Positions 7,941-17,960 of a DNA stretch of 64,000 bases are shown here, in pieces. Made by a program: the position numbers and the translations under genes. How positions within the stretch are numbered: the first letter of the stretch is position 1; each line of letters begins with the position of its first letter. Source of the stretch: a virus (lineage: Duplodnaviria; Caudoviricetes); IMG/VR virus record IMGVR_UViG_3300033145_002707, positions 5,218 to 69,217 of that record. One strand, given 5' to 3'. Under the pieces are notes generated by a model. The model had not been told where the DNA came from, ran no database searches, and saw only the letters and a program-made list of their open reading frames with translations.

Positions 7941-8714
7941 ATGATGGATGTAAAATTAATTGAATACACCAAAAATGCTGAACGGCTGCTGGTATTCAGC
8001 AAAAGAACCAGGCATATGAAAAGTGTTGATTCATATGACGAAGTGCTTGAGATGGATGATGAGGAAATTCAAGGCAATTTGAATTATGTTTTTAATACAA
8101 TACAATCAAGTTGGGAATTTGTTGACTATGTTTTTCTAATTTGTGATGTTACAAGAGCATTCACACACCAGCTTGTTAGGCACAGGGTGGGCACAGCATT
8201 TGCTCAGCAAGCCCAAAGGGTGGCAACTCAGGAAGGATTTGGCTATCTTGCAACTGGAACTTGTATTGAGAATGAAACGTATCACAATACAATGAAAGAT
8301 ATACAAAATGGCTATGACAAGTTGATAAATGAGGATGAATGTCGGCCTCAAGATGCTCGTGGAGTCTTGCCTACCAATGTATATACCAATATTCTTTTCA
8401 AAGTCAATCTCAGAGCTTTGAGTGATATGCTTTGTACAAGGCTATGTGTCAGGGCTCAAGGCGAATTTCAGCTGGTTGCTCGTGAAATGCAGAAGCTGGT
8501 TGTCAAGGTTCATCCATTTACTGCTCCAATTCTTGGTCCGAATTGTATGAGATATGGTGTTTGTAAATTCCCGAGGTTTGCAGATTGCCCAATCAAGAAA
8601 AAATTTCCTTTTCTCAATGGTATCAATGACCGTATGAGGGATGAAATAAAAGACTTTTGGACTAAAACAGTAGGTTTTGATCCTCAGCCAACAGCCCATT
8701 CATGGGAAAAATAA
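7941..8714 (+). CDS. thyX: Flavin-dependent thymidylate synthase ThyX-like protein (divergent motif)
   Basis: VTRAFTHQLVRHR...FAQQAQR, QDARGVLP, R.C.RAQGE. Confidence 0.85.
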   Translation: MMDVKLIEYTKNAERLLVFSKRTRHMKSVDSYDEVLEMDDEEIQGNLNYVFNTIQSSWEFVDYVFLICDVTRAFTHQLVRHRVGTAFAQQAQRVATQEGFGYLATGTCIENETYHNTMKDIQNGYDKLINEDECRPQDARGVLPTNVYTNILFKVNLRALSDMLCTRLCVRAQGEFQLVAREMQKLVVKVHPFTAPILGPNCMRYGVCKFPRFADCPIKKKFPFLNGINDRMRDEIKDFWTKTVGFDPQPTAHSWEK

Positions 8715-8743
8715 TATTCATTTGAAATAAAGGAGAACTGAAA

Positions 8744-9598
8744 ATGACAGACAAATACAAAACAGTTGCCATTGATGCAGATGGTACAATATTGAATTAT
8801 GACGGATGGAAAGGTGTGGGGAATTTTGGGGAGCCATTGCCGGGAGCCAGAGAGGCAATCAAAGAACTTAAACAAAGTGGATATAGTATTATCATATTCA
8901 CCACAAGAGGTTCTGATTCAGATGATCTAAGGCGCTGGCTTATAAAATACGACATACCATTTGATGGACTGAATCAAAATCTGCCAACAGCTCCTAAAAA
9001 CATATCTGATAAAAAGGTTATAGCTACTGTTTATATAGATGATAGAGCAATACCATTTGAGGGTAGCTGGAAAGGCATGGTTGAGAAAGTCAAAGCATTC
9101 AAACCTTGGTATCAGAAGGTGAATATGAGACCATCTCTTAACATAAAAGTTGCTGGATACTATGTTGACCAAGTGTCTTTGTATGTTCAAAATATTCATA
9201 ATTCAATCGATGCTTATTCCAAACTTGGCCACCCAAATTGGATTCAGGATGAAGTCCGTGCCTATGAATGGCTGACCAACAAAGAATTTATAGTGTCTTT
9301 GGCTTTTAATTATACAGTAATGCCTTGTGAGTTTGAACTTCTTCAGATAAAAGCGGGTAGCACAGTTCAAATACCAGAAGTCCTCTGCTACAATTCTGAA
9401 TTTGACGCTGGCCTCAGCCATTTTGGATTTCATGTAGATGACTTGGATGAGGCAATTGAAGCATTTAGAAAAAAGAGCTATTTGGTGCTTTCAGATGTTG
9501 AGACACTTAATCATTCAGGTTGTCCAGACACATACAAGTACACATTTATAGACACTTCAGTGCTTGGTTTTATTAGCAAGCTAATCATAAAAGCTTAA
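8744..9598 (+). CDS. HAD-family phosphatase fused to a glyoxalase/VOC domain
   Basis: IDADGT, IFTTR and YIDDRA HAD motifs; C-terminal SHFGFHVDDLDEA VOC motif. Confidence 0.8.
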   Translation: MTDKYKTVAIDADGTILNYDGWKGVGNFGEPLPGAREAIKELKQSGYSIIIFTTRGSDSDDLRRWLIKYDIPFDGLNQNLPTAPKNISDKKVIATVYIDDRAIPFEGSWKGMVEKVKAFKPWYQKVNMRPSLNIKVAGYYVDQVSLYVQNIHNSIDAYSKLGHPNWIQDEVRAYEWLTNKEFIVSLAFNYTVMPCEFELLQIKAGSTVQIPEVLCYNSEFDAGLSHFGFHVDDLDEAIEAFRKKSYLVLSDVETLNHSGCPDTYKYTFIDTSVLGFISKLIIKA

Positions 9599-9638
9599 TA
9601 GCACTGTATATAGACAGAATATAAAGGAGAATAAACCC

Positions 9639-10361
9639 ATGAGGAACTTTGTAATAACAGGCTCAGCAAGTGGTTTGGGCAAAGAAATTTACAGACTGAT
9701 AAATCAGACAGAAGGCATGAAAGCCTTTGGTGTAGACAAAGATAAGGGGATCAATACTGATATTAATATTGATATCAGAGAACTCTGGGCAACATCTGGT
9801 GCGATAGCAAGCCGTTTTGATGGATTTCACGAGATATATGGCTTGATAAATTGTGCTGGCGTCAATTACATTAATAACATGGAGGATATACCAGAAGAGC
9901 AATGGTACAGAGTTATGGATACCAATGCCAAAGGAATTTGGCTGATGGCCAAAGGACTTATGCCTTTGCTTGAAAAATCAAAAGGTGTTATTCTTAATAT
10001 TGTAAGCAACGCTGCTCATATACCCATGACTCACAGTATTGCATACAATGCATCCAAGGCTGCTGCTTTGATGATGACAAAGCAGATGAGCAGAGAATTA
10101 ACAAAGAGCAAGGGCATCACTGTTTTCTCAATCAGTCCGAACAAGTTGAAGGGAACAGGTATGTCAACTTATATTGAAAAGACTGTTCTTGAGCTTAGGC
10201 CAGACCTGACTGCTGACCAAGCCAAGCAATATCAGCTGAATGCTTTGCCAGCAGGGTTTGAGACTGATCCTAAACATATAGCTGAACTTATTGTTTGGTT
10301 ACTTGAAAAACCTCATCGCCATAAATACTTGACTGGTTGTGATTTGCAACTTGGAGCATAA
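9639..10361 (+). CDS. Short-chain dehydrogenase/reductase
   Basis: TGSASGLG, NCAG, YNASK. Confidence 0.9.
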   Translation: MRNFVITGSASGLGKEIYRLINQTEGMKAFGVDKDKGINTDINIDIRELWATSGAIASRFDGFHEIYGLINCAGVNYINNMEDIPEEQWYRVMDTNAKGIWLMAKGLMPLLEKSKGVILNIVSNAAHIPMTHSIAYNASKAAALMMTKQMSRELTKSKGITVFSISPNKLKGTGMSTYIEKTVLELRPDLTADQAKQYQLNALPAGFETDPKHIAELIVWLLEKPHRHKYLTGCDLQLGA

Positions 10362-10363
10362 CT

Positions 10364-10642
10364 ATGGCCAACAACAAACCGGATTATTGTATCTATTGTC
10401 TATTAGATGGTTGTGCAAGTGGTGCTTGTGCTATAGACGAGTTAGAGTGTGATCACCTTGATACACATTATGAAAACTGGCCAGATGGTGGAGCAATTGA
10501 GGTGTGTGAAGATTGTGGCATGTCAAGGCATCATTGGGAATTCGGTGAATCTGATTGGATTATGGTTCCAAATATACCAAGAGTTAGAGAAAACATGCAA
10601 AAATCAATTGATAGGATAATCAAAAATGTCAAACCAAAATAA
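10364..10642 (+). CDS. Small Cys-rich hypothetical protein
   Basis: CxxC pairs. Confidence 0.6.
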   Translation: MANNKPDYCIYCLLDGCASGACAIDELECDHLDTHYENWPDGGAIEVCEDCGMSRHHWEFGESDWIMVPNIPRVRENMQKSIDRIIKNVKPK

Positions 10643-10994
10643 AAAAGCACTTGATGAAAGGATTAAAATCAAGAAAATAGCCAAAGAGTCAACAAAAATC
10701 ATGATGATCAAAAACGAAGAACGTGGAAATTGCTCAGGTGATATTGGATTGTTTGGTTGTTTCCTTGAGGTTAGAACTATGTACCTACGCCTACGTAGTC
10801 TCGTATGGGACAAAGGGCCACCAAACTCATTGATATTACCAATTCGAACAAAGAAGTATAACAAATGGAAAGCAGACGTGAAGAATGCTCTTGAAGACCT
10901 CAGAAATTATACCATATTGGCTGAGATTGCTCTTGAAGACAATAATATCAAAGGCGACGGAGACGACTCAGCACTTGAGAGGAAGCAAATATGA
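10626..10994 (+). CDS. DUF1599/Nmad1-like nucleotide-modification-associated protein
   Basis: YLRLRSL...ALEDLRNYTIL pattern. Confidence 0.6.
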   Translation: MSNQNKKALDERIKIKKIAKESTKIMMIKNEERGNCSGDIGLFGCFLEVRTMYLRLRSLVWDKGPPNSLILPIRTKKYNKWKADVKNALEDLRNYTILAEIALEDNNIKGDGDDSALERKQI

Positions 10995-11962
10995 ACGAAA
11001 GAGAAACAAAAATAATCAGGTATGTTGATTCAATCAAGAATGGTTGGAGAAAATTTCCACCATCTTTGCATATAGAGCTTACAGACCATTGCTTTAACAA
11101 ATGCATAATGTGTGGCCACTGGAAAAGAACATTCAAAACATCTATTGATGGGAAAGTGCTTATTGGTTTCCTTAAAAAAGGCAAACAGCTTGGCCTTGAA
11201 AGCATTTGTTTGTCTGGTGGTGACCCTATGATTAATCAAGATCTCAATAAAATAATGGAATGGTGTTTTAACAATGAAATAGATTTTGGTATTGTTACGG
11301 CTGGATTTGTACCAAACAATATAGACTTTTCTTTTTTAAGAAAAGCCAAATGGGTTCGTGTAAGCCTTGATGCTCTTGGCAATGCAGCTTATAAGAAATG
11401 TCGTGGTGGCAGTATATCTTTTGACGAAGTGCACAAGTCAGTGCAAGACATGAATTCATATGGTGTTAATGTACAGTTTGGAATAACAATACATAAGCAC
11501 AATGTAGATGATCTTGAAGCAATATACCTATACGCAAGTAAACATGGTAGCAGAACCGACTCAAGGCTGGTGTATGATCATGCAGGCAATCTATCCATAG
11601 ACAACGACCAGATAGATGGTGTTATAAGGTTATCCCAAAAATATATGGCCAACTTTGATCATTATTCTCCGACACATATAGAGACATGCTACGCTTGCCT
11701 TTATCAACTTTTTATAAGGGCTGATGGTGAAATATTCCCTTGCTGTATCATGGCTGGAGACACTGAGGAAAAATCAAAAGCAGAAGTTAGCTTTGGTTCA
11801 ATATATAGCAATGCTTGGGGAGACATACACAGCTGGGCAAACCACTTTGCTGACCACAGGTCTGATGCAATTAAAGCAATATGTGATGAGTCTTGTATAA
11901 TGAGGCTTGACACAATCAATGGTACGGTTCATAGTAAAACAAACGAAAGGAACTTCTTTTGA
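10991..11962 (+). CDS. Radical SAM protein with SPASM/twitch-like domain
   Basis: CFNKCIMC, SGGDP, C-terminal CYAC...GEIFPCC. Confidence 0.9.
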   Translation: MNERETKIIRYVDSIKNGWRKFPPSLHIELTDHCFNKCIMCGHWKRTFKTSIDGKVLIGFLKKGKQLGLESICLSGGDPMINQDLNKIMEWCFNNEIDFGIVTAGFVPNNIDFSFLRKAKWVRVSLDALGNAAYKKCRGGSISFDEVHKSVQDMNSYGVNVQFGITIHKHNVDDLEAIYLYASKHGSRTDSRLVYDHAGNLSIDNDQIDGVIRLSQKYMANFDHYSPTHIETCYACLYQLFIRADGEIFPCCIMAGDTEEKSKAEVSFGSIYSNAWGDIHSWANHFADHRSDAIKAICDESCIMRLDTINGTVHSKTNERNFF

Positions 11963-12984
11963 AAAGAAAAATCAACGACAAAGAATTGAAAAGGGCATTA
12001 GAGCATGTATTTGGCAAGGTATCATATATCACACATGATGATGATGGAACTGTTGAGCTGGATATAGATGAGAATCATGTCTTGCAATCTGTAGCTGATC
12101 TTCCTGTTGATGGCAATGGTGTTTATATCCAGCATAATAATGCCTTGGAGCTATCAAGCCTTGATGGCTTTGACAGAACAAATGAAATGATGCAAATGAA
12201 GAATGCAAGGAGCTTTTTTCATGTGTTTAGAGTCTGGCATGGGTTAAAGTTCTTGACTGAATATACCAAGGAACATTCAGTTGTTGCTGACTTAGGTGCT
12301 GGCTATTGTGAGATGCCACACCTGTGTCAAGCAGCAATCAAAAAATATAATTACTACTGCCTCGAATTTGACTACAAAAAGCTGAATACAGTGTCTCACA
12401 GAAAGATAGGCAAATTCAACAGGGTGCTTGTTAGGTCTGACTTGACAAGAGGTGAGTTGCCATTTGGTAACGAAGAAGTTGATGCAATAATCTGCTTTGA
12501 GTTCATAGAGCACATAGCAAAAGATTCATTCCTTAACTTGCTGATCGATATGAATAGAGTGCTGAAGATGGGTGGGTGTATGGCCTTGTCAACACCAAAT
12601 ATAGAAGTAGGAAGGACACCAGCCGTTGATCACTTGTATGAATATACATATAGAGAGTTCTGTAACATACTGCTGGCAGCAGGATTTGAGGTGATAGAAT
12701 CATTTGGCATAGGTGTTGGCAAAAGGTCAGATTTGGCTGAGGCTAAAAAGACTCATTTCTATAAAGTCATGGATTCATTCTTTCCTATGACACTTGTGAA
12801 TCAATTAGCATTCATAGAACATCCTGACAAGTGCAGGAGTTTTTCTGTGTTTGTTAGAAAAACTACTGACCCTGATGCAAATGCCATGTCGTTAGTCGAT
12901 CTTAGCAAATCAATGGCACTAAATGTCGAAAGAGAATCAATGGTCAGCAAGAAACACAAAGCAGGAAGGGTCAGATACAAATGA
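11959..12984 (+). CDS. Class I SAM-dependent methyltransferase
   Basis: VADLGAGY, DAIICFEFIEH, RVLKMGG...STPN. Confidence 0.85.
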   Translation: MKRKINDKELKRALEHVFGKVSYITHDDDGTVELDIDENHVLQSVADLPVDGNGVYIQHNNALELSSLDGFDRTNEMMQMKNARSFFHVFRVWHGLKFLTEYTKEHSVVADLGAGYCEMPHLCQAAIKKYNYYCLEFDYKKLNTVSHRKIGKFNRVLVRSDLTRGELPFGNEEVDAIICFEFIEHIAKDSFLNLLIDMNRVLKMGGCMALSTPNIEVGRTPAVDHLYEYTYREFCNILLAAGFEVIESFGIGVGKRSDLAEAKKTHFYKVMDSFFPMTLVNQLAFIEHPDKCRSFSVFVRKTTDPDANAMSLVDLSKSMALNVERESMVSKKHKAGRVRYK

Positions 12985-15473
12985 TGTTTACACACCTGCA
13001 TGTACATGATCAATATTCATTCCTTGATGGATATGGTTCAGCCAAGCAATATTGTGAAAGGGCTAAAGAGTTAGGCATGAAAGCCATAGCCCTAACCAAT
13101 CATGGCAATATAGATGGAGCCATAAAATGGCAAATTGCTTGCAAAGAGGTTGGTATCAAGTCTATACTTGGAGTTGAAGCATATATTGTTCCAGACCTTA
13201 TGGTAAAAGAAAAGGGCGAGAAAAGAGGCCACATCACTTTGCTGGCCAAGAATGAAAAGGGCTGGGAAAACATATCAAAGATGCTAACCTATGCAAATAT
13301 TGATGGGTTCTACTATAAGCCAAGAATAGACCCAGAGTTGCTATTGGATCATTTGGATGGTGTGCTTGTTATGAGTGCCTGTTATGCATCCTTTATATAC
13401 ATGGATGGTGGAATCGATTTGCTTGAAGAACTTATAGCCAAAAGGGTTGATATAGCACTGGAAATAATGCCTCACGATATAGAAGGACAAAGTGAGCATA
13501 ATAAATTAATAGTTGCCTTAGCTGATAAATATGAACTCCCTTTGGTTGCAACCAATGATTGCCACTATGTTACAGCTGAGCAAGCAGATGAACAGGAAGT
13601 CTTGCTTGCTATGCAATCCAAGAAGAAGTGGAAAGATGAGAACAGGTGGAGATTTGACACCCAAACTCTTTTCTTGACGTCTGCTGAAGAAATGAAAGGA
13701 CTTTTCAAAAAGCAGAAAGCATTGCCAGCCAAAGTTGTGAATGAAGCCATAGCCAATACCAATATGATAGCAGACAAATGTAACCTTTTTATAGAGAAAA
13801 AAGACGTTTTGCTGCCAAAGCCAGATGTGCCAGGATATGAAGACATCGATGAAAATGGCCAGCTGATTCAACTAACCTTGGATGGTTTTGAAGAAAGGAT
13901 GAAGAAGCACGATTGGATAGACAAGAATAACAGGCAAGAATATCTTGACAGAATATCTGAAGAACTGGAAATCATTATTGCTCAGGGGTTTGCAAGATAT
14001 TTTTTGATAGTCTGGGAATTAATCAATTGGTGTAAAAATCCAGATGATGGTGGAGAGCCAGTGATGGTTGGTCCTGGTCGTGGTTCTGTAGGTGGTAGCA
14101 TTGTTGCCTTTTGCTTGCACATCATACAAGTTGACGCAATTAAACTGAACCTTGTATTTTCAAGGTTTATATCAGAGGGCAGAATTGATTTGCCAGATAT
14201 TGATATGGACTTTGAAGATATAAAAAGAGATAGGATATTGGAACATCTCAAGAAAACATATGGAAAGCATAATGTAGCAGGGTTGTCAACCTTTGCTAAG
14301 ATGCATGGCAGAGGTGCTTTGAGAGATGTAGCAAGAGTATTTGATGTGCCTTTGGCTGAGGTTGATAAGGCAGCTAAATCCATAGTCGTAAGATGTTTGG
14401 ATAAAGACACAAAAGTGTGGACAAACAAAGGGCCAATAGCAATTAAATTATTAGATAAAAACACTAACAGCACCAAAGTAACAGCAGCATACGGAAGTAG
14501 GAGGATAACAAAGAACATTAAAGCTATTCACAAAACTGATAGATTTGTCAATATGTATGAAATAGTGTTAGAGTCAGGAAAAAAAATAAAGTGCTCAATA
14601 GATCATTATTTTTGGACAAGGAATGTCAGGTCTGGCAAGATTGGTTGGAAAACACTGAAAAACACAGATCAAAGAACAGATACGATTCTGGCTGCTGAAT
14701 TCGATGAAGTTTATTCATTTTGTAAACAATGTGGCAAGCTGGTGTATCAGCACAGAACAGTTAAGACTCACAAAAGAATTTTTTGTTCTTTGTCATGTAC
14801 AACAACATGGAGAAACATCCACAACAATCCATTGGATGATCCAAAAGCATTGAAGAAAATGAAAGAATCAAGAAAAGGCGTAAGATGTAAATGGTTTGAT
14901 GATGAAAAGGTGGTTGCAAGAGTTTTGGCTGGCAGGCGTAAACGCATGCTTGAGAATAATCCTATGAAGAGGCCAGAAGTTAGAGCAAAAGCAAGCAAAA
15001 AATTAAAAAAAATAATGAAGGTTGTAAACAACAATCCTGCCAAGAAAGAAGCACAAAGGCAATACATGCTAAAAAGACTTGCTGACAACCCTGAATCTCA
15101 TCCATTAAGGCTTTTGGCCAAAAATCCAAGAAAAGGAGTGTCTGTTATAAGCAAGCCACAAAGTGAATTGTCTATATTGGTCAAAAAAGTCTTTGTTGGC
15201 TACAGTGTAGAGGACGAATATCCTATACAAAGAGTGATAAATGGCAAATTCAAAAAGATTGGGCATTATTATTTAGACATTGCTATACCTGAACTTATGT
15301 TGAACATAGAATATGATGGTGGATTGCATCTTTTAAACAAAAATATTAATGGTGATAAGGAAAGGGATAAATTCCTTACGAACCAAGGATGGAAAACAAT
15401 AAGATTTAATAAGAGCAACATAAAAAAAGCAAAGAAGGATTTAGATGAAATTCGAAAAAATTATATCAATTAA
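12981..15473 (+). CDS. dnaE: DNA polymerase III alpha, N-part (PHP domain and palm) + N-intein + endonuclease
   Basis: HLHVHDQYSFLDG, GPGRGSVGGS, PDIDMDF; intein begins at C472 (14394). Confidence 0.9.
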   Translation: MMFTHLHVHDQYSFLDGYGSAKQYCERAKELGMKAIALTNHGNIDGAIKWQIACKEVGIKSILGVEAYIVPDLMVKEKGEKRGHITLLAKNEKGWENISKMLTYANIDGFYYKPRIDPELLLDHLDGVLVMSACYASFIYMDGGIDLLEELIAKRVDIALEIMPHDIEGQSEHNKLIVALADKYELPLVATNDCHYVTAEQADEQEVLLAMQSKKKWKDENRWRFDTQTLFLTSAEEMKGLFKKQKALPAKVVNEAIANTNMIADKCNLFIEKKDVLLPKPDVPGYEDIDENGQLIQLTLDGFEERMKKHDWIDKNNRQEYLDRISEELEIIIAQGFARYFLIVWELINWCKNPDDGGEPVMVGPGRGSVGGSIVAFCLHIIQVDAIKLNLVFSRFISEGRIDLPDIDMDFEDIKRDRILEHLKKTYGKHNVAGLSTFAKMHGRGALRDVARVFDVPLAEVDKAAKSIVVRCLDKDTKVWTNKGPIAIKLLDKNTNSTKVTAAYGSRRITKNIKAIHKTDRFVNMYEIVLESGKKIKCSIDHYFWTRNVRSGKIGWKTLKNTDQRTDTILAAEFDEVYSFCKQCGKLVYQHRTVKTHKRIFCSLSCTTTWRNIHNNPLDDPKALKKMKESRKGVRCKWFDDEKVVARVLAGRRKRMLENNPMKRPEVRAKASKKLKKIMKVVNNNPAKKEAQRQYMLKRLADNPESHPLRLLAKNPRKGVSVISKPQSELSILVKKVFVGYSVEDEYPIQRVINGKFKKIGHYYLDIAIPELMLNIEYDGGLHLLNKNINGDKERDKFLTNQGWKTIRFNKSNIKKAKKDLDEIRKNYIN

Positions 15474-15558
15474 ACCTGTTGGCAAAAGAAAAGCATATGA
15501 TGTAGAGCTTGATCATAGGCACAAAGGATATTTTGCAAACGGATTTCAAACTCATAAC
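14394..15558 (+). mobile_element. Intein in dnaE with DUF559/Vsr-like homing endonuclease, encoded across two reading frames
   Basis: CLDKDTKV (block A), CSIDHYFW (block B), CKQC..CSLSC, LDIA...NIEYDGGLH; C-part MKFEKIISI...YDV...YFANGFQTHN followed by Ser. Confidence 0.85.
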
Positions 15559-17928
15559 TCAGGTGGGGATGTTAGAGCTGACTTTTCAATAGCTGATGCC
15601 TTTGATGCATTTGAAGATGGCAAAACTTTTAAAAGAAAATATCCAAAGGTCAGCAGAATTGCAATATCTATGGAAGGGCAACTGAAATCTGCAGGTCGTC
15701 ATGCTTGTGCTATGGTTGTTGCTGCTTCTGATTTAAGGTCTGGTGAAAATGCCAGTTTAGCCATAAGGAAGAAGGTGGTAGTTGGAAATTGGGATAAAGA
15801 AGATGCTGAGTATATGGGCTTGATGAAACTTGATGTCCTTGGCCTCAATGCCTTAACAGTATTAAATGAGTGTAAAAAATTAATCAAAAAAAGACATAAA
15901 GTAGAATTAGACTATGATACATTGGATATTGATGATCCAAAAATATATAAAGAGTTCAACGAAGGACATGGTGTAGGAGTTTTTCAATTTGCCAGCCATG
16001 GCATGATGAAGCTGTGTAGAGAGGTTGGAGTTGAAGACTTTGAGGAACTCATAGCACTCAATGCTTTGCATAGGCCAGGAACACTCAGAAGTGGACTGAC
16101 ACACAAGTACCATATGAGAAAACATGGCATAGAAAAGGTCTCATATATCCACCCTTTGATTAAGGACATCACTGAAAGAACACAAGGCATTATACTATAT
16201 CAGGAACAAGTCATGGCAATCATGTATTGGGTTGGTGGGTTGCCATGGAAGACAACAGATATGATTAGGAAGGTTGTCAGCAAAAGCAAGGGTGAGGAGC
16301 AATTCCTAAAATTTAAGAAGATGTTTATTCAAGGGTGCCTTGACAGGAAGACAGTTTCAGCTGAAGATGGAGAAAAAATATTTAGTGAGCTGCAATATTT
16401 TGGTAGTTATGGCTTCAACCGTGCCCATGCTGCTGAGTATGCAACAATAGCTGCTTGGGAAATGTGGCTTAAAGTCCATTATCCTACCGAATACATGGTA
16501 ACAATATTGACCTACGGCTCAGATGATAAAAAGGCTGAGCATATACAAGAAGCGAGAAGGCTTGGCCTCAAACTACTTCTACCAGATATCAACAAGTCTG
16601 GTGCAACAGAATGGATACCTGATGATAATGGCAATCTACTCATACCAATAAAAGAGATTAAAGGTGTTGGAGAGGTAGCAGCCAATGAGATAATCCTGAA
16701 AAGAAAACCAGCCAGATTTAGAGCTGGCGTAAAAATTGAAAATCTTGGTGGGCCATACAAAGATGTTGAGGACATGGAAACCAGAGCCATCAAGAGAAAA
16801 GTAAATTCACGTGTTGTCAAGTTGCTTGAAAAAACACATTGCTTTGGAGACAGTGATGAAAAATTAAAAATTGGAGAGATTGAACTGGATGAATTATCTA
16901 AGTGTTTCAACTTTAGCCTTTCCAACGACCCCATGTACAGATACAGGAAGATGATAGAACTGATCAAAACTCAAATCAAGCTTGAACCATTGAGTGCATT
17001 GGATTTCAGCAGAGAAAAATATAGATATCATTTTGGTAGAATGTCTATACTCAAGTTTGGATATAAAGAAGACAAGAATGTAAAAATGAAAGATGTTCGA
17101 GGAACTGCTGGTGATTTGGGTGGTGTATATGGTAATTATGAAGATGATACGGACTTTTCCATGATAGTTTTTGGACGAGAATTTTACAAAGCTAACAAAT
17201 ATGCTATAGAGCATTGCCAAGACAAATGGTTATTGGTTAAGGCCAAATCAATGAGGAGCAACAACATACACACGAGTGAACTTTGGTTTGGGGAAGACCT
17301 TATGGCAGGGAAGGCTGATGGTCTTGGACTTGAGCTTGTCAAGACACCAGAATATACTAAATCATATGATGATGATATGAAAAGATTGCTTGATTGTAAA
17401 GATTGTGAACTAAGAAATGAATGTACAAAACCAGTGTTACCAAGCAAAGGACAGATGAATGTTATGCTTTTTGGGGAAGCCCCTGGGAAAAATGAGGATA
17501 AATATGGTAGAGGTTTTTATGAGAGTGCTAAATCTGGAAAGCTAATGTGGAAAGAGTTTGACAAATATGGTCTTGAGAGGTCAATGTTTCACATAACAAA
17601 TATAGTGAAATGCTATCCATCTGAAACAAGAACACCTAAGAGAAAACACATAAAGATATGCAAACAATGGATTGATAAAGAAATAGCTACAATTAAACCA
17701 GCTATAATTCTGGCTTTTGGGAATACTGCTGTCAAATTTTTTACAGATGATGACAAAGGAATCTTTGGTTTAAGTGGTACCACTGTATGGGATGATAACT
17801 ATAATTGCTACATCTGTTGGTGTGCACACCCTGCTTCAGCTGTATATCAACATGAAAACAAAATCTATTTTGACAAAGGGGTAGAGAACTTTGCCAGAAC
17901 GTTGAACAGTGTTGGCCTTGGTGGCTAA
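15445..17928 (+). CDS. dnaE: C-intein + DNA polymerase III alpha C-part + family-4 uracil-DNA glycosylase-like domain
   Basis: GRHACA, KLDVLGL, YQEQVM, YGFNRAHA; UDG from about 17395 (CKDCELR, GEAPG, TNIVKC, HPA). Confidence 0.9.
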   Translation: MKFEKIISIKPVGKRKAYDVELDHRHKGYFANGFQTHNSGGDVRADFSIADAFDAFEDGKTFKRKYPKVSRIAISMEGQLKSAGRHACAMVVAASDLRSGENASLAIRKKVVVGNWDKEDAEYMGLMKLDVLGLNALTVLNECKKLIKKRHKVELDYDTLDIDDPKIYKEFNEGHGVGVFQFASHGMMKLCREVGVEDFEELIALNALHRPGTLRSGLTHKYHMRKHGIEKVSYIHPLIKDITERTQGIILYQEQVMAIMYWVGGLPWKTTDMIRKVVSKSKGEEQFLKFKKMFIQGCLDRKTVSAEDGEKIFSELQYFGSYGFNRAHAAEYATIAAWEMWLKVHYPTEYMVTILTYGSDDKKAEHIQEARRLGLKLLLPDINKSGATEWIPDDNGNLLIPIKEIKGVGEVAANEIILKRKPARFRAGVKIENLGGPYKDVEDMETRAIKRKVNSRVVKLLEKTHCFGDSDEKLKIGEIELDELSKCFNFSLSNDPMYRYRKMIELIKTQIKLEPLSALDFSREKYRYHFGRMSILKFGYKEDKNVKMKDVRGTAGDLGGVYGNYEDDTDFSMIVFGREFYKANKYAIEHCQDKWLLVKAKSMRSNNIHTSELWFGEDLMAGKADGLGLELVKTPEYTKSYDDDMKRLLDCKDCELRNECTKPVLPSKGQMNVMLFGEAPGKNEDKYGRGFYESAKSGKLMWKEFDKYGLERSMFHITNIVKCYPSETRTPKRKHIKICKQWIDKEIATIKPAIILAFGNTAVKFFTDDDKGIFGLSGTTVWDDNYNCYICWCAHPASAVYQHENKIYFDKGVENFARTLNSVGLGG

Positions 17929-17960
17929 TCGGTTTACAATATAATGATAGGAGAAAGCTA

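Noticed and set aside
17918-17945. Sigma-70 promoter upstream of the UvsY-like gene
   Set aside because: TATAAT is present but the -35 is poor, and chance matches are common in AT-rich DNA
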